Positions 25,053 through 32,000 of a DNA stretch of 32,000 nt are shown here, piece after piece; position 1 is the first letter of the stretch, and each line of letters starts with the position of its first letter. The notes below the pieces were generated by a model. The model ran no database searches and was not told the origin of the DNA. It saw nothing but the letters and a program-made list of their open reading frames with translations. The stretch comes from Candidatus Omnitrophota bacterium (GTDB lineage Bacteria; Omnitrophota; Gorgyraeia; Zapsychrales; JANLHA01), in NCBI GenBank assembly GCA_963662715.1, contig OY759724.1, positions 3,060,001 to 3,092,000 of the forward strand. The letters run 5' to 3'. Both the position numbers and the translations under genes were made by a program.

Positions 25053-25292
25053 ATGGCTGTTGAAGAGAAAATAAAGTCGATTATTGCGGAACAGTTAGGC
25101 GTTAAGGTTGACGAAGTCACTCCACAAGCTTCATTTATTGACGATTTAGGGGCTGATTCTCTAGACACGGTTGAATTGATTATGGCGCTGGAAGAAGAGT
25201 TTAGCGTCGAAATCCCGGATGAAGACGCAGAAAAGATGACAACTGTGGGAGATGCTGTTAAATATATAGAGGAAAAAGCCGCCAAGAAGTAG
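25053..25292 (+). CDS. acpP: Acyl carrier protein
   Basis: [20 protein letters not shown] contains the phosphopantetheine-attachment Ser. The product is 79 aa. An AAGGAGG RBS is present. Confidence 0.95.
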   Translation: MAVEEKIKSIIAEQLGVKVDEVTPQASFIDDLGADSLDTVELIMALEEEFSVEIPDEDAEKMTTVGDAVKYIEEKAAKK

Positions 25293-25314
25293 CTTCTTTC
25301 ATTTCAAGAATTCC

Positions 25315-25354
25315 ATATTGAACTGCCCCGGTGCCTATCGGGGCAATTCAGTAT
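25315..25354 (+). terminator. Long stem-loop between acpP and fabF (attenuator, partial terminator or processing site)
   Basis: 25315-25330 (atattgaactgccccg) pairs with 25339-25354 (cggggcaattcagtat). Of 16 positions, 14 are Watson-Crick, 1 is G-U and 1 is a mismatch, with an 8-nt loop. A moderately T-rich tract follows (attgtctatttt). Confidence 0.5.
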
Positions 25355-25393
25355 ATTGTCTATTTTAATCCATTTAATATCTCGGGTAATGCT

Positions 25394-26638
25394 ATGAACA
25401 AACATAGAGTCGTCATAACAGGGTTAGGTGTTGTTTCTCCTGTCGGCACAGGGGTTGAAAAATTCTGGAAAGCGCTTCTCGCGGGGCAAAGCGGGATATC
25501 CCCCATAACACAATTTGATGCCAGTGAATTTGACTGCAAAATATCCGGCAATGTCACAGACTATGATCCGCTGGATTATTTTTCTTCAAAACAGTCCCGT
25601 CATTTAGCCAGTTTTACGCAATACGCTGTTGTGAGTTCCCGCGAGGCCGTAAAAAATGCCCAACTGGATCTAAGCAAAGTGGATCTGGAGCGCATGGGCA
25701 TCCTCATCGGATCGGGTATCGGAAGCATGCGGACCATGGAAGTCGAATACCAGAAACTTATCGACCGGGGACCGGGGAAAATATCTCCTTTTTTCATTCC
25801 GCGCATCATCATTAATGAAGCTGCCGGGCAGGTTGCGATCGACACCGGGGCCAAAGGCCTGGCGACATGCGTGGTCACGGCATGCGCCACGGGCACCAAT
25901 GCCATCGGAGACGCTTTTCGCATGATGCAGTACGGAGAGGCCGATCTGGTCATTGCCGGGGGGACGGAAAGCGCTACAACCCTCTTGGGGGTGGGAGGCT
26001 TCTGCGCCCTGAAAGCCCTGTCGAAAAACAACGAAAACCCGGCGGAAGCCAGCCGTCCGTTTGATCTGAACCGGGACGGGTTCATTATGGCCGAGGGGGC
26101 CGGGGTTGCCGTTCTGGAAACATTAGAGCACGCCAAGGCCAGAGGCGCCCGGATTCTGGCCGAACTCGTGGGTTACGGACGCACCTCTGATGCTTATCAC
26201 GTTACAGCGCCTGAGCCGACAGGACACGGAGCCGCCAAGGCCATGTCCCTGGCCATGCAAGACGGAGGACTAAAACCTCGGGATATTTCTTATATCAACG
26301 CTCACGGCACGTCGACAAAGTTAAATGACAAAGTGGAAACACTAGCGATTAAGACAGCGATGGGTGAAACGGCATACAAAATTCCGGTTTCTTCAACAAA
26401 ATCCATGACCGGACATTTACTGGGCGCGGCCGGTGGCATAGAATTCGCCGCCTCGGTCCTGGCCATACGAGACAATATGATCCCGCCAACGATCAACTAT
26501 AAAACTCCGGATCCTGATTGCGACCTTGATTATGTTCCTAATGAAGCCCGCAGCATCCCGGTCGACGTGGTGATGTCAAACTCTTTGGGGTTCGGGGGGC
26601 ATAATGCTTCGCTGATCATCAGAAGATATCAGGAATAA
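25394..26638 (+). CDS. fabF: 3-oxoacyl-[acyl-carrier-protein] synthase II FabF
   Basis: It has RVVITGLGVVSPVG, the active-site Cys in VVTACATGTNAIG, and the HGTST and SNSLGFGGHNASL blocks. ATG 25394 is preferred over the track start 25331, which lies inside the hairpin. Confidence 0.95.
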   Translation: MNKHRVVITGLGVVSPVGTGVEKFWKALLAGQSGISPITQFDASEFDCKISGNVTDYDPLDYFSSKQSRHLASFTQYAVVSSREAVKNAQLDLSKVDLERMGILIGSGIGSMRTMEVEYQKLIDRGPGKISPFFIPRIIINEAAGQVAIDTGAKGLATCVVTACATGTNAIGDAFRMMQYGEADLVIAGGTESATTLLGVGGFCALKALSKNNENPAEASRPFDLNRDGFIMAEGAGVAVLETLEHAKARGARILAELVGYGRTSDAYHVTAPEPTGHGAAKAMSLAMQDGGLKPRDISYINAHGTSTKLNDKVETLAIKTAMGETAYKIPVSSTKSMTGHLLGAAGGIEFAASVLAIRDNMIPPTINYKTPDPDCDLDYVPNEARSIPVDVVMSNSLGFGGHNASLIIRRYQE

Positions 26639-26674
26639 TCCACACAAGATTTCTATAGTAGAATACGGAATATA

Positions 26675-26683
26675 TGATATAAT
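26675..26683 (+). promoter_or_regulatory. Candidate extended -10 element upstream of the leuB-like gene
   Basis: TGATATAAT lies 45 nt upstream of ATG 26729. There is no good -35. Confidence 0.3.
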
Positions 26684-26728
26684 GTCACTTCGTTTAATTT
26701 CGATATCGATAAAAGGAAGGATGAGGAG

Positions 26729-27784
26729 ATGAAGAGTTATAAGATTGCTGTGATACCGGGAGACGGAACAGGACCGGAAGTGGTCAATGAAGGATTAAAA
26801 GTCCTGGAAGCGGTTTCTCAAACATGCCAATTCAAATACGAAACGACCCATTATGATTTTGGAGGGGAAAGATATCTGCGGACGAATGAAGTGCTCCCTG
26901 ATTCCGCGGTTGACGAGCTGCAATCATTCGACGCCATTTATCTCGGGGCCATAGGACATCCTGACGTCAAACCGGGGATACTGGAAAAAGGGATATTATT
27001 GCGCTTGCGCTTTGATTTGGACCAGTACATCAATCTTCGTCCTGTGCAGCTGTACGATGAACGTTTCTGCCCGGTGAAGGACAAAAAACCGGAAGATGTG
27101 GATTTCGTTGTTGTTCGGGAGAATTCCGAAGGCCTCTATAAAGGTCTGGGATCCTTCGAGAACAAAAACACCCCGGAAGAAGTCGCCATTCAAACATCAT
27201 ATAACACCCGCAAAGGGGTGGAACGGTGCATCCGTTATGCTTTTGAATATGCCCGTCAATACGGGAAGAAGAAACAGCTGACTCTCTGCGGGAAGACCAA
27301 TGTTTTAACCTATGCCTTTGATCTCTGGGAAAGAACGTTTAACGAAGTCGCGAAAGAATACCCGGACATTAAAACAGATTATGCCCATGTGGATGCTACG
27401 ACCATGTGGTTTGTTAAAAATCCCGAATGGTTCGATGTTATTGTCACAGACAACATGTTCGGGGACATCATTACAGACCTGGGGGCCATGATTCAGGGAG
27501 GTATGGGCATCGCTGCCGGCGGGAACATCAATCCGGAAGGCGTTTCCATGTTTGAACCGATCGGGGGTTCCGCCCCCAAATATACCGGTAAAAATGTTAT
27601 CAATCCTCTGGCGGCGATCTGCGCTCTGTCCATGCTGTTGCGGCAGATCAAAGAAGAAGAAGCCGCAAAAATGATTGAAACATCGGTGATTACAGTCGTA
27701 AAAACGAAATTGAAAGATTTAGCTGCGGGAAAAATGGGGTATTCGACATCAGAAGTCGGGGACCTTGTCGTTAAGCATCTTTAA
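26729..27784 (+). CDS. Isocitrate/isopropylmalate dehydrogenase-family enzyme (3-isopropylmalate dehydrogenase or tartrate/D-malate dehydrogenase subtype)
   Basis: It has [42 protein letters not shown] and FEPIGGSAP blocks. The layout resembles both short LeuB and TtuC-type enzymes, and I cannot separate them by eye. Confidence 0.8.
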   Translation: MKSYKIAVIPGDGTGPEVVNEGLKVLEAVSQTCQFKYETTHYDFGGERYLRTNEVLPDSAVDELQSFDAIYLGAIGHPDVKPGILEKGILLRLRFDLDQYINLRPVQLYDERFCPVKDKKPEDVDFVVVRENSEGLYKGLGSFENKNTPEEVAIQTSYNTRKGVERCIRYAFEYARQYGKKKQLTLCGKTNVLTYAFDLWERTFNEVAKEYPDIKTDYAHVDATTMWFVKNPEWFDVIVTDNMFGDIITDLGAMIQGGMGIAAGGNINPEGVSMFEPIGGSAPKYTGKNVINPLAAICALSMLLRQIKEEEAAKMIETSVITVVKTKLKDLAAGKMGYSTSEVGDLVVKHL

Positions 27785-27810
27785 TAAGGTATGATTAAAG
27801 AGGATTTGAG

Positions 27811-28803
27811 ATGAGAAAATATCGTGTGGCCATCGTGGGAATAAGGGGAGCTGTCGGGCAGGAAATGCTGAAAATTCTGGAAGAACGCCGGTTTCCGGCT
27901 GAGGAGTTGCGTGTCATGTCATTCCACCCGGAAGACTGCCCGGTCTACCGTTTTCACGACCGGGACATTCGAGCAACGAAATTGACGCACGATGCTTTTA
28001 AAGGGATTGAAATCGGGCTGTTTTCCCCCGGGGCGGCTGTCAGCAAGGAATATGCGCCTTCTGCCGTTAAAGCCGGCGCCGTCGTTATCGACAATACGAG
28101 TCAATTCCGCATGGATCCTGAGGTTCCCCTGGTCGTTCCGGAAGTGAACCCGCAGGATATTTTCCGCCACAAAGGTATTATCGCCAACCCGAATTGTTCG
28201 ACGATTCAGATGGTCGTGGCCTTGAAACCGCTGCATGATTATGCCCGCATTAAACGGATCGTTGTTTCAACTTATCAATCGGTTTCCGGAGCGGGATCAG
28301 AAGCCATCTCAGAACTGGCAAAACAGGAGGACGGGGACCTGTCTGTGAAAAAATTCCCTTACCAGATTTTTCATAACCTTATTCCGCATATTGATATCCC
28401 TCAGCCGGATCTCTATACCAAGGAAGAAGTCAAGATGCTCAATGAAACCCAAAAAATTATGGGGGATGATACGATAAAGGTCACCGCAACCTGCGTGCGG
28501 GTTCCCGTGGTCCGGGCTCATTCGGAGGCTGTGAATATCGAGACAGAGAAGAAAATCACCCGGGAGAAGGCCATAGAACTTCTGAGCAAGGCCCCCGGCG
28601 TATGCGTTTTAGATGATATTGAAAATAATGTTTATCCCGTACCTTTGGAGGCGGAAGGAAAAGACGAGACATTTGTCGGACGGATCAGGGAAGATGACAC
28701 AGTTGATTTTGGCCTGAATATGTGGATTGTTTCCGACAATTTAAGAAAAGGTGCGGCTCTCAACGCCATTCAAATTGCCGAAGAATTGATCAAAGCCCAG
28801 TAA
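27811..28803 (+). CDS. asd: Aspartate-semialdehyde dehydrogenase
   Basis: It has VAIVGIRGAVGQ, NPNCSTIQMV (active-site Cys), YQSVSGAG and VRVPVVRAHS. Confidence 0.95.
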   Translation: MRKYRVAIVGIRGAVGQEMLKILEERRFPAEELRVMSFHPEDCPVYRFHDRDIRATKLTHDAFKGIEIGLFSPGAAVSKEYAPSAVKAGAVVIDNTSQFRMDPEVPLVVPEVNPQDIFRHKGIIANPNCSTIQMVVALKPLHDYARIKRIVVSTYQSVSGAGSEAISELAKQEDGDLSVKKFPYQIFHNLIPHIDIPQPDLYTKEEVKMLNETQKIMGDDTIKVTATCVRVPVVRAHSEAVNIETEKKITREKAIELLSKAPGVCVLDDIENNVYPVPLEAEGKDETFVGRIREDDTVDFGLNMWIVSDNLRKGAALNAIQIAEELIKAQ

Positions 28804-28868
28804 GTTTCATCAATAACCTCACGTCAAAAAACGGGCGTCATATTTCTCCTTCTTAAAATCATAAAATT

Positions 28869-29627
28869 ATGCGGACGGTTAAACTGACTATTGAATATGA
28901 CGGGACAGATTTTAACGGCTGGCAGATCCAGAAAGGGAAAAACTGCCGGACCGTACAGGGAGAGATAGAGGCAGCTTTAAAAACAATATTCAAAAAGCCA
29001 ACACCTATCCGGGGCTCCGGCCGCACGGATGCCGGCGTTCATGCCCTGGGACAGGTGGCCCATTTTAAAACAACACGGTCCATGGACTGTGAAGAAATCG
29101 TAAGGGCCCTGAACGGCAATCTCCCCAAAGATATCGCGGTCTTAACGGCCGCAGAGGCGCCGGCCGATTTTCATGCTCAATACAGCGCCAAAAGCAAAAC
29201 TTACCGTTACAGCATCTATAACAGCCCGGTCCGCAGCGCTGTGTGCCGGAGAGATGTCTGGCATTATCCTCATAAATTGAATTTGAGCGCCATGAAAAGG
29301 GAGGCCAAGGCTTTCATCGGTACGCATGATTTCAGATCTTTCATGGCGGCAGACAGTTCGGGAACAAGCCAAAAGGGCGGCAAAAACACAAAAAGAAAAA
29401 TTTTTCACTTACATATTAAAAAATACGGGAAAATCATCACGTTTGAGATTACCGCCAACGGCTTTTTATATAAAATGGTGCGGAATATTGTCGGTACGCT
29501 GGTGGCGGTCGGGACAGGCCAGTTCCCTCCAGGAAGCGTCGGGCCCATTCTTAAAGAAAAAAACCGGGATTGTGCCGGGCAGACAGCGCCCCCCCAGGGA
29601 TTGTGCCTTGTTGAAGTAAAATATTAA
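28869..29627 (+). CDS. truA: tRNA pseudouridine(38-40) synthase TruA
   Basis: It has YDGT.F.GWQIQ, GSGRTDAGVHA (catalytic Asp), GTHDF and FLYKMVRNIVG. Confidence 0.9.
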   Translation: MRTVKLTIEYDGTDFNGWQIQKGKNCRTVQGEIEAALKTIFKKPTPIRGSGRTDAGVHALGQVAHFKTTRSMDCEEIVRALNGNLPKDIAVLTAAEAPADFHAQYSAKSKTYRYSIYNSPVRSAVCRRDVWHYPHKLNLSAMKREAKAFIGTHDFRSFMAADSSGTSQKGGKNTKRKIFHLHIKKYGKIITFEITANGFLYKMVRNIVGTLVAVGTGQFPPGSVGPILKEKNRDCAGQTAPPQGLCLVEVKY

Positions 29628-29641
29628 TTATTAACAAATTG

Positions 29642-29669
29642 TTGACAATATAATAGAAAGTGATATACT
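29642..29669 (+). promoter_or_regulatory. Candidate extended -10 promoter for rplM-rpsI
   Basis: TTGACA (29642-29647), 16 nt, then TGATATACT (29661-29669), 39 nt upstream of ATG 29709. Confidence 0.45.
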
Positions 29670-29708
29670 TAAGTTTCTAAAATATCAATTGCATTAAAGG
29701 ACAGGATT

Positions 29709-30140
29709 ATGAGTAAGACGTTTATTCCGAAAAAAGAGCAGATAGAAAAGAAATGTTATCTTATTGATGCCAAGGATAAGGTTTTAGGGCGGGTCGCGAC
29801 CAAAGCCGCTGTCCTGCTTAGGGGCAAGCACAAGCCGATATTTACCCCGCATCTCGATACGGGAGACACTGTCGTCATTATTAATGCAGACAAGATCAAG
29901 GTAACAGGCAAGAAACTGACTCAAAAAGAATATCAGCGGTACTCAGGCTACCCTTCGGGCCAAAAATCGGTTTCCCTGGAAGACATGCTCAAGAAGAAAC
30001 CGACTCAGGTCCTAAGGCTGGCTATCAACCGGATGATTCCTTCCGGGAAGTTAGGCAATAAAGTCCGCACACATTTGCGCATTTATGCTGGAGATAAACA
30101 TAATCATCAGGCACAAAAACCGATTCCAATTGAGATATAA
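29709..30140 (+). CDS. rplM: 50S ribosomal protein L13
   Basis: It has W.LIDA.....LGR.A...A..LRGKHKP.FTPH.D.GD.V.V.NA, the canonical L13 sequence. Confidence 0.97.
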   Translation: MSKTFIPKKEQIEKKCYLIDAKDKVLGRVATKAAVLLRGKHKPIFTPHLDTGDTVVIINADKIKVTGKKLTQKEYQRYSGYPSGQKSVSLEDMLKKKPTQVLRLAINRMIPSGKLGNKVRTHLRIYAGDKHNHQAQKPIPIEI

Positions 30141-30158
30141 TAAGCGGAGGTAATTTCG

Positions 30159-30554
30159 ATGGTCGAACTAGTGAAATACGGAGCAACCGGCAGACGAAAA
30201 AGTTCTGTTGCCCGTGTTGAACTTATTCCCGGACAAGGGAAAATTCAGGTTAATAAAAAGGATTTTGTTGAATATTTTCAACGGGAAACAGACCGTTTGA
30301 CAATTATCGAACCCCTGAAACTTACGAATACCTTGAAAAAATTCGACGTATTGGCAAAGATTGTCGGTGGGGGGACAACAGGACAGGCTGGAGCCTTCCG
30401 TTTAGGGCTGTCCCGGGCCTTGGTGAAATTTGATCAGGAAAATAAAGGTGTATTAAAAAAAGCGGACTGCTTGAGACGCGACCCCAGGATGAAAGAAAGG
30501 AAGAAACCCGGACAAAAGGGAGCGAGGAAAAAATTCCAATGGGTTAAGCGTTAA
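30159..30554 (+). CDS. rpsI: 30S ribosomal protein S9
   Basis: It has GTGRRK.S.ARV...G.G.I.VN, GGG..GQA.A...G..RAL and RRD.R..ERKK.G...ARK..Q..KR, the canonical S9 sequence. Confidence 0.97.
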   Translation: MVELVKYGATGRRKSSVARVELIPGQGKIQVNKKDFVEYFQRETDRLTIIEPLKLTNTLKKFDVLAKIVGGGTTGQAGAFRLGLSRALVKFDQENKGVLKKADCLRRDPRMKERKKPGQKGARKKFQWVKR

Positions 30555-30575
30555 TATTTTAAAGAATTTGTTAAT

Positions 30576-30627
30576 AAAAAACCTATCTCCCTCGAGAAAA
30601 GAGTTGACGAGATAGGTTTTTTATTTT
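30576..30627 (+). terminator. Rho-independent terminator after rpsI
   Basis: Stem 30576-30589 (aaaaaacctatctc) pairs perfectly with 30609-30622 (gagataggtttttt). The core is 8 bp plus an A/T extension. It is followed by ttttttatttt. Confidence 0.7.
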
Positions 30628-30680
30628 AATATAAACCATTATTCTTCAACAAATTAACATTTTTTTGGAGGTCTCGAACC

Positions 30681-31712
30681 GTGGAACCTCATATTATACG
30701 GGTCGGAATTATCGGTGTCAGCGGGTACTCCGGCGGAACGGTTTTAGAATATTTACTTCATCATCCTTATGTCCGCGTCACATATGTTTCTGCCAATAAC
30801 ACGGAAGGGCGCATCACGGATATATGGCCCAGGCTGCAGGGACAGACAAAACTTGTCTGCCGCCCATATTGTTATGAAGAAGCTGTCGAAAAATGCGACG
30901 TGGTTTTTCTCGCGGTTCCGCACACCGTTGCCTTTACCGTTGCCCCCCCATTACTCAGAGCCGGCATTAAAGTCATTGATTTGAGCGGTGATTACCGGCT
31001 GAATTCTCCGCTAACTTATAAAAAATGGTACGGGAAAGCCCATAAAGATAAAAATAACCTTAAAAAAGCGATTTACGGATTGCCGGAACTATTCCGGGTC
31101 GCCATCCGGGATGCGGATCTGATTTCTAACCCGGGGTGTTATCCCACAGCCGCTCTGCTCGCCTTAGCTCCTATGGCTGCCATCTATTCTGACAATATTG
31201 CCGGCATCATTATTGATGCGAAATCAGGAGTCAGCGGAGCCGGGAAAAAAGTGCATTCCGCTTTCATGTTCGGTCATGTTCATGAAAACTTTAAAGCTTA
31301 TAAAGTATTGAATCATCAGCATGCTCCGGAAATAGAACAATTTTTGAACAGGATCGCGCGCCATACGCTCCCCATGACCTTTGTCCCGCATCTCTTGCCT
31401 GTTTTTCGCGGTATTTTAGAGACGATTTATATTCAACTGGACGGCACAATATCCCTATCCGATATTTACACACTATATAGCCGCTTCTATAAAACAGAAT
31501 CTTTTGTCCGGGTTCTCCCTTTAGGCTCACAGGTGGAAACACGGCATGTCTGGGGAACCAATTATTGCGATCTGAGTCTGGCCCTGAATGAATCAAAAGA
31601 TATGCTTGTTATCACGAGTGTCATTGATAACCTTGTGAAAGGGGCTGCCGGACAGGCGATTCAGAATATGAACATTATGTGTAACTTTGCTGAAGAAACA
31701 TCTTTATTGTAG
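30681..31712 (+). CDS. argC: N-acetyl-gamma-glutamyl-phosphate reductase ArgC
   Basis: It has GIIGVSGYSG, the active-site block SNPGCYPTA, and DAKSGVSGAG. It uses a GTG start, with a GGAGG RBS 9 nt upstream. Confidence 0.95.
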   Translation: MEPHIIRVGIIGVSGYSGGTVLEYLLHHPYVRVTYVSANNTEGRITDIWPRLQGQTKLVCRPYCYEEAVEKCDVVFLAVPHTVAFTVAPPLLRAGIKVIDLSGDYRLNSPLTYKKWYGKAHKDKNNLKKAIYGLPELFRVAIRDADLISNPGCYPTAALLALAPMAAIYSDNIAGIIIDAKSGVSGAGKKVHSAFMFGHVHENFKAYKVLNHQHAPEIEQFLNRIARHTLPMTFVPHLLPVFRGILETIYIQLDGTISLSDIYTLYSRFYKTESFVRVLPLGSQVETRHVWGTNYCDLSLALNESKDMLVITSVIDNLVKGAAGQAIQNMNIMCNFAEETSLL

Positions 31713-31729
31713 ATGCATGGTGTAATGTT

Positions 31730-32000
31730 ATGAAAAAAATTTCCAAAGGTGGAGTGACATCAGCCCGGGGCTTCAAGGCCAACGGCTTAAACTGCGGTAT
31801 CAAGCGTTCGGGCAAACCGGACCTGGCCCTGATCGCGAGCGAAGTCCCCTGCAGCGCTGCCGGGATATACACAAAGAATTCCATTATCGCAGCGCCATTG
31901 CTTGTGACGAAAAAACATCTGAAAAATTCCAAAGCGCAGGCCATTATCATAAACAGCGGAAATGCGAATTGTTTTACCGGCCACTTCGGACATGTTTATG
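31730..32000 (+). CDS. argJ: Bifunctional glutamate N-acetyltransferase / amino-acid acetyltransferase ArgJ, N-terminal part (runs off the window; not in the ORF track)
   Basis: My translation from ATG 31730 is MKKISKGGVTSARGFKANGLNCGIKRSGKPDLALIASEVPCSAAGIYTKNSIIAAPLLV...IIINSGNANCFTG. This matches the ArgJ N-terminal consensus (GF.A.G...GIK....DL.LI.S......AG.FT.N...AAP......NSGNAN..TG). No stop occurs before nt 32000. Confidence 0.85.
   Translation, partial: MKKISKGGVTSARGFKANGLNCGIKRSGKPDLALIASEVPCSAAGIYTKNSIIAAPLLVTKKHLKNSKAQAIIINSGNANCFTGHFGHVY

Noticed and set aside
1-32000. A search by eye for CRISPR arrays, tRNA/rRNA genes, tandem repeats, reverse transcriptase or retron-like elements, and toxin-antitoxin pairs.
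   Set aside because: There are no regularly spaced direct repeats. No intergenic region has tRNA-like cloverleaf potential or rRNA similarity. All sizeable ORFs are accounted for by recognisable families. Only a covariance-model scan (tRNAscan-SE/Infernal) could exclude small RNAs definitively.

Overview
This is a 32-kb bacterial chromosomal segment that I cannot assign to a taxon from sequence alone. It holds about 40 tightly packed genes on both strands, mostly housekeeping. I saw no rRNA, tRNA or CRISPR array.

Gene order, left to right:
- An A+T-rich end of an integrated mobile element: a partial ORF, an HTH excisionase-like gene and a large serine recombinase. The recombinase reading frame runs into the 5' end of miaB.
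- miaB, then a lone PEP-CTERM secreted protein on the minus strand behind a 409-bp A+T-rich spacer.
- nadA, metX-metW, a 59-aa 4-oxalocrotonate-tautomerase-family ORF that is missing from the supplied ORF track, and lhgO.
- nfu-rrf2-sufB-sufC-sufD-sufS-sufU, in which sufS is broken by a 1-nt frameshift in a G run.
- murB<-ferredoxin<-ispH, divergent from ispG.
- A VOC/glyoxalase protein, then bcp<-hisK.
- folE-SDR(FolM-like)-folB-folK-fxsA, then rlpA.
- fabG-acpP-fabF, a leuB-like dehydrogenase, asd, truA, rplM-rpsI, argC and a partial argJ.

I did not find a convincing novel multi-gene system. The least ordinary features are:
- the recombinase/miaB junction architecture;
- the sufS frameshift;
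- operator-like dyads in the nfu/suf and fabG promoters;
- a ferredoxin gene coupled to ispH;
- the low-GC PEP-CTERM islet.

All promoter, operator and att-site statements rest on pattern reading only.
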